Assembly: GCF_009914755.1 (NCBI RefSeq)
Contig: NC_060929.1
Reading direction: 5' to 3' (one strand)
DNA length: 64,000 nucleotides
DNA from: the human T2T-CHM13v2.0 reference genome, Homo sapiens
A program made the translations under genes and the position numbers. This document shows positions 1 to 15,430 of the stretch, piece by piece. Position 1 is the stretch's first letter. The number at the start of each line of letters is the position of its first letter. The notes below the pieces were generated by a model. The model did no database searches. It saw only the letters and a program-made list of their open reading frames with translations, and was not told the origin of the DNA.

Positions 1-473
1 TGTATATATTCCCTAAGATGAAGTGTTGTTTTAAGGTTTGTCTTACTTTTACTTCTCCTTTTTAGGACAAAAGCAGCTTAGTTAGAAGGATTTATCTTCT
101 CCAAATTTAGACAGTAGTAGCCCACTTGCATTGATATCAAAACCATTATATATTTTAATGCCATGGTAACTCTACTTAGAATCATAGGACCATGGGCTTG
201 TATAGGTAGTAAGATATCTTGGAGATTTTTCAGTTGTAAGATGGGGAAAGCTCACTGTCTAAACTCCATATAGAAACTCTCAGAGATTCAACATTAAGTC
301 TGGATCTCTACCTAGTAACAACACTCCATAAAGTTTAGATAAATTACATAATACTGGAAAGGGTTTCAATAATTAAGCTAAACTATGTTACAATAGGTTT
401 TGAAAATTACAAATTATTTTACTATGTTTATAGATTGAAATGTTCCAATTTTTCACTTTTCACAAAATATAGG

Positions 474-825
474 TGTTTAAATCGATTTGGGCTTCCATTA
501 CAAAATATCATAAACTGGATAGCTTATAAACAACAAAAATTTATTTCTCACAGTTCTGGATTCTGGAAATATGAGATCAGAGTGTCAGAGCGGTCAGTTT
601 CTGGTGAGAACTTTTTTGGGGTCTCAGACTGCCAACTTCTTACTGTAACTTCACATGACAGAAGGGAGTAGACAGCTCGCTGTCTTTTATAAGGGCACTG
701 ACTCCCCTTCTCCACCCTCATGACCTAATCCAATCCCGAAGGCCCCTTTTCCTAGTATCTTCACATTGGGGAGTAGGATTTCAGCATATGAATTTAAGAC
801 AAGCACAAACATTCAATCTATAGCA
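474..825 (-). mobile_element. MaLR solo LTR, MLT1A/MLT1A0-like
   Basis: Hallmark motifs 'aatttatttctcacagttctgga' and '...cacaaacattcaatctatagca'; TG...CA ends; perfect 5-bp TSD ATAGG at 469-473 and 826-830. Confidence 0.85.
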
Positions 826-2539
826 ATAGGCAAAATTACTGATGATATCTAATACCTCTTGGATGCTTAATTTGTATAAGATGTTTTTCAAAACTGATTT
901 TCCTTCCTCTCCAAAGCCCTAAAAAATTGGACCATTATTATGTCCATTTTATACAAGAGAAATCAAGAACTCCCCAGCGATGGTGCAGCTGGTTAGAAGA
1001 AAGAATTAGAAGAAAGACAACGTGGTTGCAGTGTAGACACCATTCTCTTAGTGTGATACAGTGCTAATCCTCCTAGGATAACAGTGAAATAATTTATAGA
1101 AGGTCCAGGCAAATTGCACTTACATATTCTTTTTTTCTCTAATTTAATGATGTAAATTAAACAAGATTATCCAGCATTTTTTAATATAGTTGTATTCTGT
1201 TACTTAGCTCATATCATGAAATCACATATTTATTAAAATATTAATTGAATCTAGCTAAATGCATTTTAAATATAAGTAGTTTCCAGAGAAACATTTCACT
1301 TTTTCTGTTCAGATGCTCCCTTCAGAATTAGACAATGTGTATTTCCTGAGATAAGAAAAGCTTTATAATTCTCCACTGCAGTAATTTTCTCCCGGGCCGC
1401 AACTATGTCCAGTCTAAGAAGAGTAGTTAAAGCAAATTAGTCATTCTAAGTATGACTTACTTTCCTTCCAGCATTTGAAAGGTATGTAGAATCACCTAGA
1501 AAGAGGGTAATTAAGAGAATTTCCAAATTCTCTATCTACCATATTCCTAATTGATTCATATTTCTTCTTCTTCATTTTTCTACTAATATTCCACTTTATT
1601 TTTTCATTCATGAATATAGAAATTCCCTCTGCTTAAATGATTTCAGATGTTTGCTCAGAGCTAAATAATGTATATGTATTGTTGTCTATTTTCTTGAAAA
1701 TTTGACACCCACAGCAAAAGTTATTCTTGCAATGCATATTATATCAAACAAATTAAAGAAAAATCGATATGATGAATTAATTATAATAAATGGCTTCACA
1801 CTTTGTATAGTATAATTATTTCAGATTAAATAAATTATAAGTTGGGTACATTGGTTTTCAGTTGAGCAAGAATATTCTTTTCTTTTTCAGTCAGGCAACT
1901 AATGTATCATAACTGAATAATGTAATAACATAAATGTTTCAATTTCCAAACAGAGGAAAGGGGAATGTAAAATTTGCCTATAAGTCAAATGGTCATTCAG
2001 ATTCCAAGCAAATTTCGAATAATACACATTGTATCAGTGTTGGAAATAATGCCATATCTCTTTCTCTCTGAGGAGTAGAGTGGATACAAACAGAGCTAGC
2101 ATAATTTTGCCACAATTTTTTTTATCCTTCCATTTTGATTCTTTAGCTCTTTCCTGTGGAAAACCAGTGATCAATGGGGTCATTTTATTACATCACATCA
2201 AGTGGAACAGTTGCTTTACTGCCAATAGTGATGGCTAATATATTTGACTTCATGGATCCCATGTTCAATAAAATAATGTGTCTGCAATAACATTAAATGT
2301 AGGAAGTGATATTAACCTAACTTTTTAAAGACAAATAACAATGTATGCTGTGTAAACTGCTTAGAAGCATGAACCACTTCCTTGGTAATAACATACTCAG
2401 TAAGAATTACCATGGACTTTATCTCCTACCAATGTACTGTCTTCCTCCCAAGTCTCTTTCTGGATACAATTTTTTATATTTTTAAAGGAGGCCTGATAGT
2501 GACTGAGAGGAAGGCAGGCCCCATAGCAATTGGAACACT

Positions 2540-2717
2540 AATGCTGTCATTTCCTAGCAACTTGCTTAATAAACTAAGCAAGTTACTGGACTTTCTTAAG
2601 CTTCCATTTTTTACCTATTAAATGAAGAAAATATACCTATTACATAGGATTACAAATGTTATTAAAATAAATAGCACTGGCAATATGACACACAATAAAC
2701 ATTCAGTAAATGCTAAC
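2540..2717 (+). mobile_element. MIR SINE fragment
   Basis: Core-like 'gcaagttactggactttcttaagcttcc...aaatgaagaaaata' and 3' 'aataaacattcagtaaatgctaac'. Confidence 0.55.
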
Positions 2718-4681
2718 AATCTTCATTGGTGTTTCTGTTTCTGTTGCCTAAGAGATTATTTTTCACAGTGCCCTGATCACTGATGATGTTCAGCCATTCT
2801 TCAAGTAGGCTTAATCTTTATAAACTACACATGCTCTTTCACTGTCTTTGGTCATGCCTTCTAAGCAATGTTTTCTTTTCTGCCTAGACTTTTAGTTATC
2901 AATGATTCTTATTCAGATGCCCCACATTTTTTTAATTAAATGCCCCCTCACTAGGTCCATTTATTTAGATTCCATATTTCTTTTATACATGAACATAAGA
3001 ATGTACTGTATTCTGAAATAAACTCTGAAGTATAATAATTGTACTAATGTATAATTTAATATTGTTACCCATTGAGTAATACAGGTGGAAATATACATGA
3101 TTATGAAAGCTTTCTTATACTAAATCTCCTTTGAGGAATCTGAAATGAATGAAAGAATGTTGGTTTCAATTAGAAACCCCTGCAGAAACACTGGAAATCC
3201 TTCCTCAATTACAGTCATTTCTACATTCACATTGAACTGAAAAATAAGAGTAGCTCCTTGTGGATTTCTAAGACTTGTTGGTCACATCATTTTTGCAAAA
3301 GTGTTGATGATGTGAAATATTAGTAACAACTACAGTCCCTAAAACTTAACCAAATATTTGGGGACCTAGTTCATTTTGTATTGCAAATAGTCTGAAATTT
3401 CCAACAAAAATTCTGTCTAAAATATCTGATGATCAGCTTCAATAAACTTCTTAAATGAAACTATGCACAATTGGACAGTGAAGCAAGTTAAATAAAACCT
3501 TATTGTGGGGGATTCTGAGGCACTGATATGTATCAAAAATATCTTCTTATATCAGGAAAAATATGATTTAATATTTGCATTAAAACTACTTTTCATCTAA
3601 CTTATAGATGCTTTATCTTGTTAGATATGATTGGATCTTCTTTAATTTTTTTAATATTAAGAAAGGAATTAGTAATAAACACTTATTCTTATTTATATCT
3701 GTCTATCTATCCATCAACTGCAGAGCATGTAAGGTTAATAGCAAAGTCCCTGTCTAATCAGAAGTTGATCTAGTGACTAATACATTGCATCGAACTGACA
3801 AGTAGAGCATAGAGGAAGTTAATATAGACAACCGATAGGAAGAATAGATTGTTTTACCCCTTGAATCTTCTGAATATGAGAAAGATCTTTGCCCCCAATT
3901 TAAAACCAAACCAACTCAGAGCTTTCCACAACAAGGTCAGCCAATATTGAGAGAACATGGCTTGTCATCAACATATTGTGTATCTCTTCCAAACTGGTCT
4001 GTGCATTCACCCTCCTGCACCTCCATTACATTATATCGATATCTTCCTTTTCTATTTCATTTTCTTGCCCTCTCTACTTCCACTCACTTGGTTAATGTTT
4101 CCTTAATTATTTAAATTGTGAACCACTGTGAACACATATAGCCTAGCCACAGGAAGGGATAAAAATATACTTTATTCCAGTGAATGGAAATAAGTGGAAT
4201 GGAAAATAGCAATAATAGTATATCACAAAATATGCAGATTTTGCACTATTCACAGAAGAGAGATAATTATTTGTCCAGTTTAAATGAAGTTGTAGCCACT
4301 CCACTTTTTTATTACTGAATTTAATTTTTAACTAGTAAAGTATAAAAAGATATAAAAGACTTCTTTTAGCTGAAATTCAATTAAGTCTCATTTCAATCAA
4401 AGAGAGCTCTACACATTTTTGAACGAATAACAGTTTAATGTTTTTAATCTGAAGTATCCTCTGTTATTTGAAAATTTTATTGTTAGGAAACATAACAAGA
4501 ATTCCTAGAGTAGTGTAAGACATTTTTAATTTAATTCAGCTTTTCTAATACAATGCAATATATTCTTATCAAAATTGTCTCACAGTTCAGATCCCTGATT
4601 AGGAATATAATGAAAGCCAGAGAGCTTTAAACAAGAATTTGCTTTCTTTCAGAGGGCATAGGATACATCAAAAATTGCCTC

Positions 4682-6970
<2,289 letters not shown>

Positions 6971-7174
6971 TAAGAAAGAAACTGCCTGAAAGGCAAAACA
7001 AATATTCTTGTCATTCTTGTCAGAAATGGGAAAAGTAGCTGACTTGGAAATGTTTCTATCATTAGAAAAAAATACAGGACTTTATGAAAATTATTTATCC
7101 TTTTTTTTGTGATGGCTCTTGAGATACAACACCATTCAAATTCCGCATATGACATTTACTACCTCTAGGATATT

Positions 7175-7329
7175 GCTATGTGTTGTAATTACTATAAATT
7201 TTCTTACCGTAAAATGGATAAAATAAATAATGTATTGTTTTAAAAGTTGTAAAACTCAGTGAGATAATAAGTCTTTCGTACAGAGGCTAGTACATAATAC
7301 ACAATCAGTGAAAGGTAGTCCATTATTAT
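7175..7329 (+). mobile_element. MIR fragment
   Basis: 'cgtaaaatggataaaataa...gtgagataata...ggctagtacataatac...attattat' resembles the MIR core and 3' end. Confidence 0.55.
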
Positions 7330-9008
7330 GAAGGATATAGAAAGAGTTTTTTTTTATTTTTGAGATGGGCATTAAGGAAGAAATGACCTTTTCCTATATA
7401 AATATGGCTTATGTTTTCCAAAATTTGAGCAGGGTCCCATATAAAAACTAACTTGCTAAACAATATTAATCAGCATAAATATAAGAAGAAAAGTGGGGAT
7501 GGGGGAGAATGAGAGAGACATATATAGAGAGAAAGAGAGAACATGGAGACCAAAATAAAATTGAGTAAGCCAGTAATGAGCCAGTAATGATAAATGGCCA
7601 ACAAAAGATCTTGGCTTAGAGATAAATTTATGGTTATTTTAGTGGAAAGACATTTTGTTTGCCAAATAATTATAAATTTATTTTCCCCTTGGATTACAAA
7701 ATTTGTTAATTTTCTGCTTAAAAGAATCAGAATATTAATACGAAATGCATGCTTTGAGGATTAACTACCAAAGTCGCTACTCATTATTGAAATTAATCAA
7801 CTGCTATGGGACTATGAAGATTTCTGTTATCAGAAAACATTAGCTTTAAAGGATAAACTGTTAAGAAGTTTATGATGACTATTATTTATTAAAGAGTACT
7901 TACAGTATTGTGAAAGTTTGCTTTTAAGCAAAGCATTTTAACAAGAAATTTACTTCATTACCATAAATATCAAGTCGTTGGTCAATTTTTTAAAACTATT
8001 GACCTTCTGGTTAATATATATATTTGCAAATTCCATAAATATTCAAAACAACTCCCAGGCTTTCCATTTGCCAATATTCTTTGACTGTATTAATCATTAT
8101 AAAACTTATTTCTTGTCTTAGCTTAGAAAATTTTATTCCGGGAACAACACCTGTTTGATGATCATTGTTTTTATGCATAAAGAAATTACCCATTGAAATT
8201 TCATTTTTACTTAAGCAAAGATCATTCTATGACATTATGGATTCATGTAAGAAGAACTATTAACTTTAACTATTGTGACACACTACCTCACAGGATGGAT
8301 ACTTACATATTATAGATACATTTAATTTTAAACATACTTAAAATTATTATTCTTGGCAATTAAATGTATATCTTATAAACAAGTTAAACTATTGCATGTA
8401 TTGTATACATATAAAAATTTATGAATGTCTCTAATGTTCTACATTAGGATTAAAATATAGTTTTATTTATTTAAAATTTGTGAGCAAAAGTGGTGAAATA
8501 TTTCTTGGCATTTTTTGTTTATTTGTACCTTTGGATTTAAATGGCAAGACATTTAAAGTTTATGTTTTCATTTTGTTGGTTTTCATTGTATGTTTTCTCC
8601 AATGGTTTTTAGAATAACCAATGGCAGAGTTGAAGGGAAATAAGAAATAGAGAAGGAAACAAAAATAAAACAAAAGAAACCTTTCATCATATATGAAACA
8701 ATATAAATGTTACAGTTTTCAAACACAAATTCTGTAAGAGAATCTGGATCTAGGTGAGAATGCTATTTGAAGGCTAAACACGTTCCACTTTAGACCTGGA
8801 GCATGCTATATATTTCCTCCAAAGTAAGTTTTACCGAGAAAGACATAACCATCAATCTTTGAATAAAATAATACAATTTAGAGGCATTAATTGGGCACAT
8901 GAAGGAGAACTAGTTTAAGAGGAGGTGACAAGTTAGAGACTCTAGAGCAGAGGTAGAATTAGAGAGGAGGGAAATAGACACGAGCAGCACAATTCTAATG
9001 TTTATTAT

Positions 9009-9203
9009 CTGTGGTTCTCAAATTTTAACATGCATCAAATTATGCTTATACCTGTAGAATTTATTGAAACACAGATTTCTGAGTCCCAAACACAACATTG
9101 CTGATTTAGTAGGTGCAAGGTGGGGCTCACAAATGTGCATTTTAAAGAAGTTTCTAGTTAATGAAGATATGGCTGGTTCAGGGCCACAACTGAAGAAACA
9201 CAG
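9009..9203. mobile_element. MER5A (hAT-Charlie MITE)
   Basis: 'ctgtggttctcaaa...aaacacagatttctgagtccc...gatttagtaggtgcaaggtggggctc...gcattttaaagaagtttctag...ggccacaactgaagaaacacag' matches the MER5A layout. Confidence 0.8.
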
Positions 9204-9387
9204 GTCCCTATAACCTAACTTACCGGCACAGGAGTAACTCAACCATTAAAGAAATAGAGGAAAAGGAGACAGAAAATTTTGCTGTGAGCCATATAGACAT
9301 GAAAGTGAAAGCTAGGGGGAAATCCAAGTGGGGAGGCAGGTTGACATAGCCCAGACTCTGAACCCTGTATCCCCTCACCAGGCAGAA

Positions 9388-9461
9388 ACACACACACACA
9401 CACACACACACGCACGTGCACACGCTACAACATACACACTACAGCACACACACACACACAC
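9388..9461. repeat. Interrupted (CA)n microsatellite
   Basis: Direct reading of two CA runs. Confidence 0.95.
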
Positions 9462-11183
9462 GCTACAATTATTTAGAAAATAATGTGAAAAGTCATTTTC
9501 AAAGGAAGATCAGAAAGAATCCCACAGTGGTCCTAGTCAGAAAAACAGCCAAAAATATAAAAAGAAGCTTAAACAGAAAAGGAACTAAAAAATAAAAATA
9601 AAAATGCAGTTTAAGAAAAATATGACATTTGTAAACAGCTTTTCATGTCCTGAAATATATTACACACAATATCAACTTTTAATTTTGCAATGTCAAAGAT
9701 ATATGCACAAGAAGAAATGAGAAGTTTCAAAACAGAGAGGAAAATGTTATTAGGCCAAGATGATGAAAAAATAAGATGAAGGAATAATTGGAAAAAGAAG
9801 TAAATGTTATAAACATAGAGATAATTGAATATTTAAAATTAATAAGTACAATAAATGATATGAAAATATAGTTAAATAAGTGCTAATTAGGCCTAATGAA
9901 AATACATACAGAAGAAACAGAAAGTATAAGAATAACAGATACATATAGAAGAGAAACATAAGACTCAAAGTAGACAACACTTGGTTACTAATAAACATAA
10001 AAATGAAAAAAAAACCTCAAATATATTTAAAAACCTTTCTGACACTAAAGAAATAAAAACATGCTAAAAAGTGATGCCATGTACAGATAATATTTTGAAA
10101 GGATTAAAGACCCAAATGTGAAAACAAAACCTTAAAATTATTGGAAAAATAATTTGAGAATATACTTCGAAACTTGGGTAAACAGAAAGATTTTTAAAAT
10201 AGGCCCCAAAGGTTTAAATCCTATTGAAAAGAGGGTATAGATTAAGCAATACAAAATTAAAACTTCTGAACATGGAAGAATGTTTGTGTTGTATGAGAGT
10301 TTGAATCAGGTTGAAGCTCTCTCAACAAGGAAAAGGCTAAGATATATACGTATATTTGTTTTTGGTTTCTGAAGCAAAAAATATTTTCCCCTTGGTTTCA
10401 GTGTTGCTATAATATTTTAATAATATTTTAAAATACTTTACATATTATTTCTATATTGTTGAGAAACTTTTAAATAAAACCATCCCTGGATATTTACCAA
10501 AATTGTTATTCAGCTTTACTTGTGTTAAGATCAAGTAAAATTATATTCAATATTTTTACAATGACAGATAGTATGATTCATTTAATATAAAAATTACTCA
10601 TACACTATCTAAATATATAACATTGTGCTTCTATAAGGCTTGCATTATTAGAGTATTATTCTGCCATTAAAATTATATTTTCTAGATGATTAAAATAAAA
10701 TGTTTGAATGCACACTAAAGCTTCAACTATGTATTATAAAATCGATGATATACATATGAAAATATTAGAATAAATAGCTAAAATATACGTGGTCATTATC
10801 TGTTTGGTTGAGTTATAAGTAATAGTATTTTCTCTAATGTCTAAACTATTATAGGCCTAATGACGGTGTCATCTTATATTTTCTATGAATGTGTTATACC
10901 AAAAACTTTATGAAGGTGAGTTTTACAAATGGGAAACCATGCTGTGAATTATGTGAACCTGCTCTCCAGGAGGCAAATGAATAGACTGTAGAAAGTGGTC
11001 TATAGGTCGCCACCAGTCAAGAATACTCTAGTGAGCCTAATGTATTTAACACCTAGCTGTGTTCTGAGTAGTGTTCAAACAGATTCTGTCCTTTGCATGC
11101 CAGATATTAAAAAATGTATATTTTGGTGGGAAACAGCTGGTTGAGGTTAAGAACCAAAACTGAAATCAACAACTTACCTTCAG

Positions 11184-11637
11184 TGTGGTGGTTAATATTG
11201 AGCGTCAACTTGATTGGATTGAAGGATACAAAGTATTGTTCCTGGGTGTGTCTGTGAAAGTGTTGCCAAAGGAGACTAAAATTTGAGTCAGTGGACTGGA
11301 AAATGCAGACCCACCTTCAATCTGGGTGGCCACAATCTAATCAGCTGCCAGCACGGCCAGAATAAAATCTGCCAGAAGAACATGAGAAGATTAAACTGAT
11401 TTAGTCTTCTTGCCTACATCTTTCACCCAAGCTGAATACTTCCTGCTCTCGAACATCAGACTCCAAGTTTTTTTCAGCTTTGGTACTTGGACTGACTTCC
11501 TTGACCCTCAGCTTGCAGATGGCATATTGTGTGACCTCACCTTGTGATTGTGTCAGTCAATACTCCTTAATAAACTCCCCTTTATATAGACATCTATCCT
11601 ATTAGTTCTGTCCTTCTAGAGAACCCTGACTAATACA
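11184..11637 (+). mobile_element. MLT2A1-like solo LTR (HERV-L)
   Basis: Starts 'tgtggtggttaatattgagcgtcaacttgattggattgaagg', ends 'ctagagaaccctgactaataca'; perfect 5-bp TSD TTCAG at 11179-11183 and 11638-11642. Confidence 0.92.
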
Positions 11638-11679
11638 TTCAGCAATACTACATTTTTAATTTGTAGTGTATTAGTTTAT

Positions 11680-11805
11680 TGAAGTTTTCTCCTAGTTATG
11701 AAATGGTAATGATGGGAATATTTGCTTCATGAGGTTGCTCTGATAATTAAATGAGATCACACAGGCAAATGTGTTTGGTATAAAATAAGCACTCAATATA
11801 TGCTG
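11680..11805 (+). mobile_element. MIR 3' part
   Basis: 'ttatgaaatggtaatgatggg...catgaggttgctctgataattaaatgagat...aagcactcaatatatg'. Confidence 0.6.
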
Positions 11806-14110
11806 TACATTTTTTTAATAAATCCAATAGTAATTGTAAAAAAAAAAAAAAAAGAAAATAAGAACTGAAGAGCAACATTTTGCCCCCCAGGGGCCATGAG
11901 CACAGCAAGACTTGGGTTAGAGGGCATTACCTATAGAAGAAAAAACAGTGGAAGAGACATCATTTGGGTGGGCTCCACAATGGTGAACTTACAAAGAGAA
12001 GCTTATCCTTCTGGAAAAATAAAAGGCAATGTCACCATCTGCCTGATGTCTACCATGTACCGATCTAAATTCTATATCCATGATAATTTGCTGTGCATCT
12101 TTAGACAGGTTCCTATGTTTTCCAGTATGTTCCATGTACCCATATTAGCTCCTATAAATTAAGGTAATTAACCACATATCTGTGTTCAAAATATAGCCCA
12201 CAGTGCCGTCTCACAGTTATTGAGATATCATTTACTGTCGAACATTTCTCTGTATTTTACTTCAATATTTTTCATTCTTGTTCCTGGTACTTTTGCACTA
12301 AGGCATCTGGAATGGTTTTAAAATTTAAGATTCGTGGCTGGGGTAACCCTTTTGTAAACTACTGAAAACTTTTGAGGATAAACCTCAGAATCTGATGCCT
12401 CTAATTTTCTATTCACAGAAAACAAAATACTAAGTCATAATAGGCTTTATATTTTTTTCTTTAACCCTTAATCAGTAATTTTCAAACAGTCACTTGGGGT
12501 TATTTGATTCTGTTTATAAGAAATCTCAATTTTAATAATGATCTTGGGTAAAACTGATGGAGAGCTATATGTATCATACTTGGAAGAAATGCCTTAATAT
12601 TATGATTTTATACATTAAGCACCTGATAATACACCAACCTGAATGGTTATTTAAAAGCTTTGCATGCATACATCTTTTACGTTTTTTTAAACTAAAATAT
12701 AAGCTTCTGGAATGCTGGGTTACAGTTTCAAGCAGTTTTTGTATTATTAGTACAGATCAGTAAAATACAATTCATACAAAGAATTACATGAAAGTTGTAA
12801 CTGATAAATGTTTTCAAAATTGCTAGCTGGCCTAGAGAATAGGAAACTGCTCTGTTCCCAAGATTCTTATCTGATACATTTCTGAACATACAGTGGGTAT
12901 AATACAACTTCTCCAGGTTGAATATCCCAGTCTAAAACCTGCAGCAAACAATATATATAATAAATAAGGATTTATGTGTGTACTCTACAGATGTGAAGTT
13001 AACATCGAGTATGTAAAAACAGACAAATAGAAAGCAAAAATTGTGTAGGTTGGAATTGTGTAGGTAGAAAAACAGATGGCTACTAATAATTATTCTGTGG
13101 GTGACTTTGATGATGTTATCTTGCATAATAAATAATACAGTTATTTGCTATTCTTAGATGGTTTCAAATGTTCTTCCACCTGCCTCAGAAGCTTGATACT
13201 GTGCATTTAGTGATTCACTAATGCATGTCTGTATATATCAAACAGAAAGTTGCACCTCATATGCATAAAACACAGTCTGAACACATTGAGGAGAATTTTA
13301 ACAAATTGGAAGGGCTTTTTGTCACACATTTTAAGTTTTGCTAAAAGAAAAATGACTCATCTGACATTATTTCCCTGATATTTATTTTGTTTTACTTATT
13401 TAAAACAAAATCACTCAAAGCATGCTAGGACTGTTCATATGTAATACATTTTATGGATTTGTCTGAAATTAAAATACCACATTTTATTGGAATGACAACT
13501 GAGTGACAAGTGCTAAGTGTCTTTAGGGGGAAATTGTTTAATAAAAACATATTTTGAAATTTCGTGGTGAATTGATCTTTATTTCTAACACTAAAATTTT
13601 TATAGGAATGAAAGATGAATGAGATGGTGATAAAGGCAAATAGTTTTTATGATTTTATGGGATTTTGTCTTGTTTTGTACGATGTTTGACAAATAGCGAC
13701 ATCTGTCTAAAATCTGTCAATATGATGGATGGGAAGCATAAATCACATTATCTTATGTCAACATTCCTCTCAGAACAATATTTTAACACAAATTCACTAT
13801 TATGTCATGAGTGTGACCCTTGGGAATAAAGAAAGAACAAATAACATTCAGCTGAATCTTATATACATAGTTATTTTTGACCTCTTCTGACTTAGGAAAC
13901 CAAAACTTTCCAAATAAAAAATTCAGATATAAAATATATTCCATATGGTTTGGCAGCTGTTAATATGATATTGGAATAAAATTGTTACACATATGTGCTA
14001 TATCCGCAATGGCATTTCTAGTGAAATCATGCTTTGAAGGTAATGCAGTTAAAACATTCAATGCCCGAATTCGGATTTGTTAACTAAAATTTACTTGTAT
14101 GCATTTATAA

Positions 14111-14427
<317 letters not shown>

Positions 14428-14429
14428 AA

Positions 14430-15165
14430 GATTATTTACCTCTTTGGTTAAATTTATTCATTGTTATTTTATTTATTTTTAGCTACTGTAAATGCAATTG
14501 CCTTCTTGATTTCTTTCTTGTCTAGATCATTATTCACACATAGAAACATTATTAATTTTGTATGTTGCTTTTATATCCTACAACTTAATTCATTAGAGAT
14601 TTTTGATGGAGTCTTTAGCTTTTTCTAGATATAAAACCATACCATCAGCAAAGTGAGACAATTTCACTTCCTGTTTTCCAATCTGAATGTCTTTTACTTC
14701 TTTTTCTTGCCTGATTGCTCTGGCTAGGACTTCCAGAACTATGTTGAATAGGAGTGGTGAAAATGGGTATGCTTGAGTTGTTCCAGTTCTTAGAGAAAAG
14801 ACTTTCCACTTTTCCCCATTTAGTATAACGTTAGCTGTGGGTTTATCATAAAAGGCCTTTATTATTTTGAGGCATGTTTCTTGCATTTCTAATTTGTTGA
14901 GTTTTTATCATGAAAGGATATTGAATTCTATCAAATTCTTTCTCTGAGTCTTTTTGGAGGATCACATGATTTTTGTTCTTCATTCAGTTGATGGTGGTAT
15001 AAGTCCCACTAGATTGTGGTGTATTATCTTTTTGATGTGCTGCTGGATTTGGCTTGCTAGGACTTTGTCGAAGATTTTTACATCTATATTCGTCAGAGAT
15101 ATTGGCCAGAAGGTTTCTTCTTTTGTTGTGTCCTTGTCCGGTTTTTGTATTGGAGTGATGCCATA
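14430..15165 (-). mobile_element. Old L1 ORF2 (RT region) fragment, L1M/L1PB age
   Basis: Peptides [14 protein letters not shown]...[20 protein letters not shown]...FADGM and [30 protein letters not shown]. Confidence 0.9.
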
Positions 15166-15209
15166 TGCCATACTCTCTAATTGACAATTGCTTTAAATCA
15201 TTTTGCATG

Positions 15210-15430
15210 ATAAAGTGATTAAGTTCAGGCTTCCAAATAGTGAGATCAAGGGAATTATTTAATCTCTCTGCACTGCAAATTCCTTGTCTTCAAAGTAGGA
15301 GAATAAAAAGACCTACTTCGTCATGTTCATAGGGACTAGATAAGAGTAGCCACATTAAAGTGTTGGTAGTAACTAGGCTGATGCCTTGAATGTTTGGAAG
15401 TTTAATAAATCTTTTTGAATAAGTGAACAA
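15210..15430 (+). mobile_element. MIR fragment followed by L2-like 3' tail
   Basis: 'attatttaatctctctgcactgcaaattccttgtcttcaaagtaggagaataa' then 'aataaatctttttgaataagtgaa'. Confidence 0.5.

Noticed and set aside
12830-12950. Possible minus-strand exon after 'ttgctgcag|g'
   Set aside because: All three frames hit stops, no convincing donor, and no recognisable peptide.
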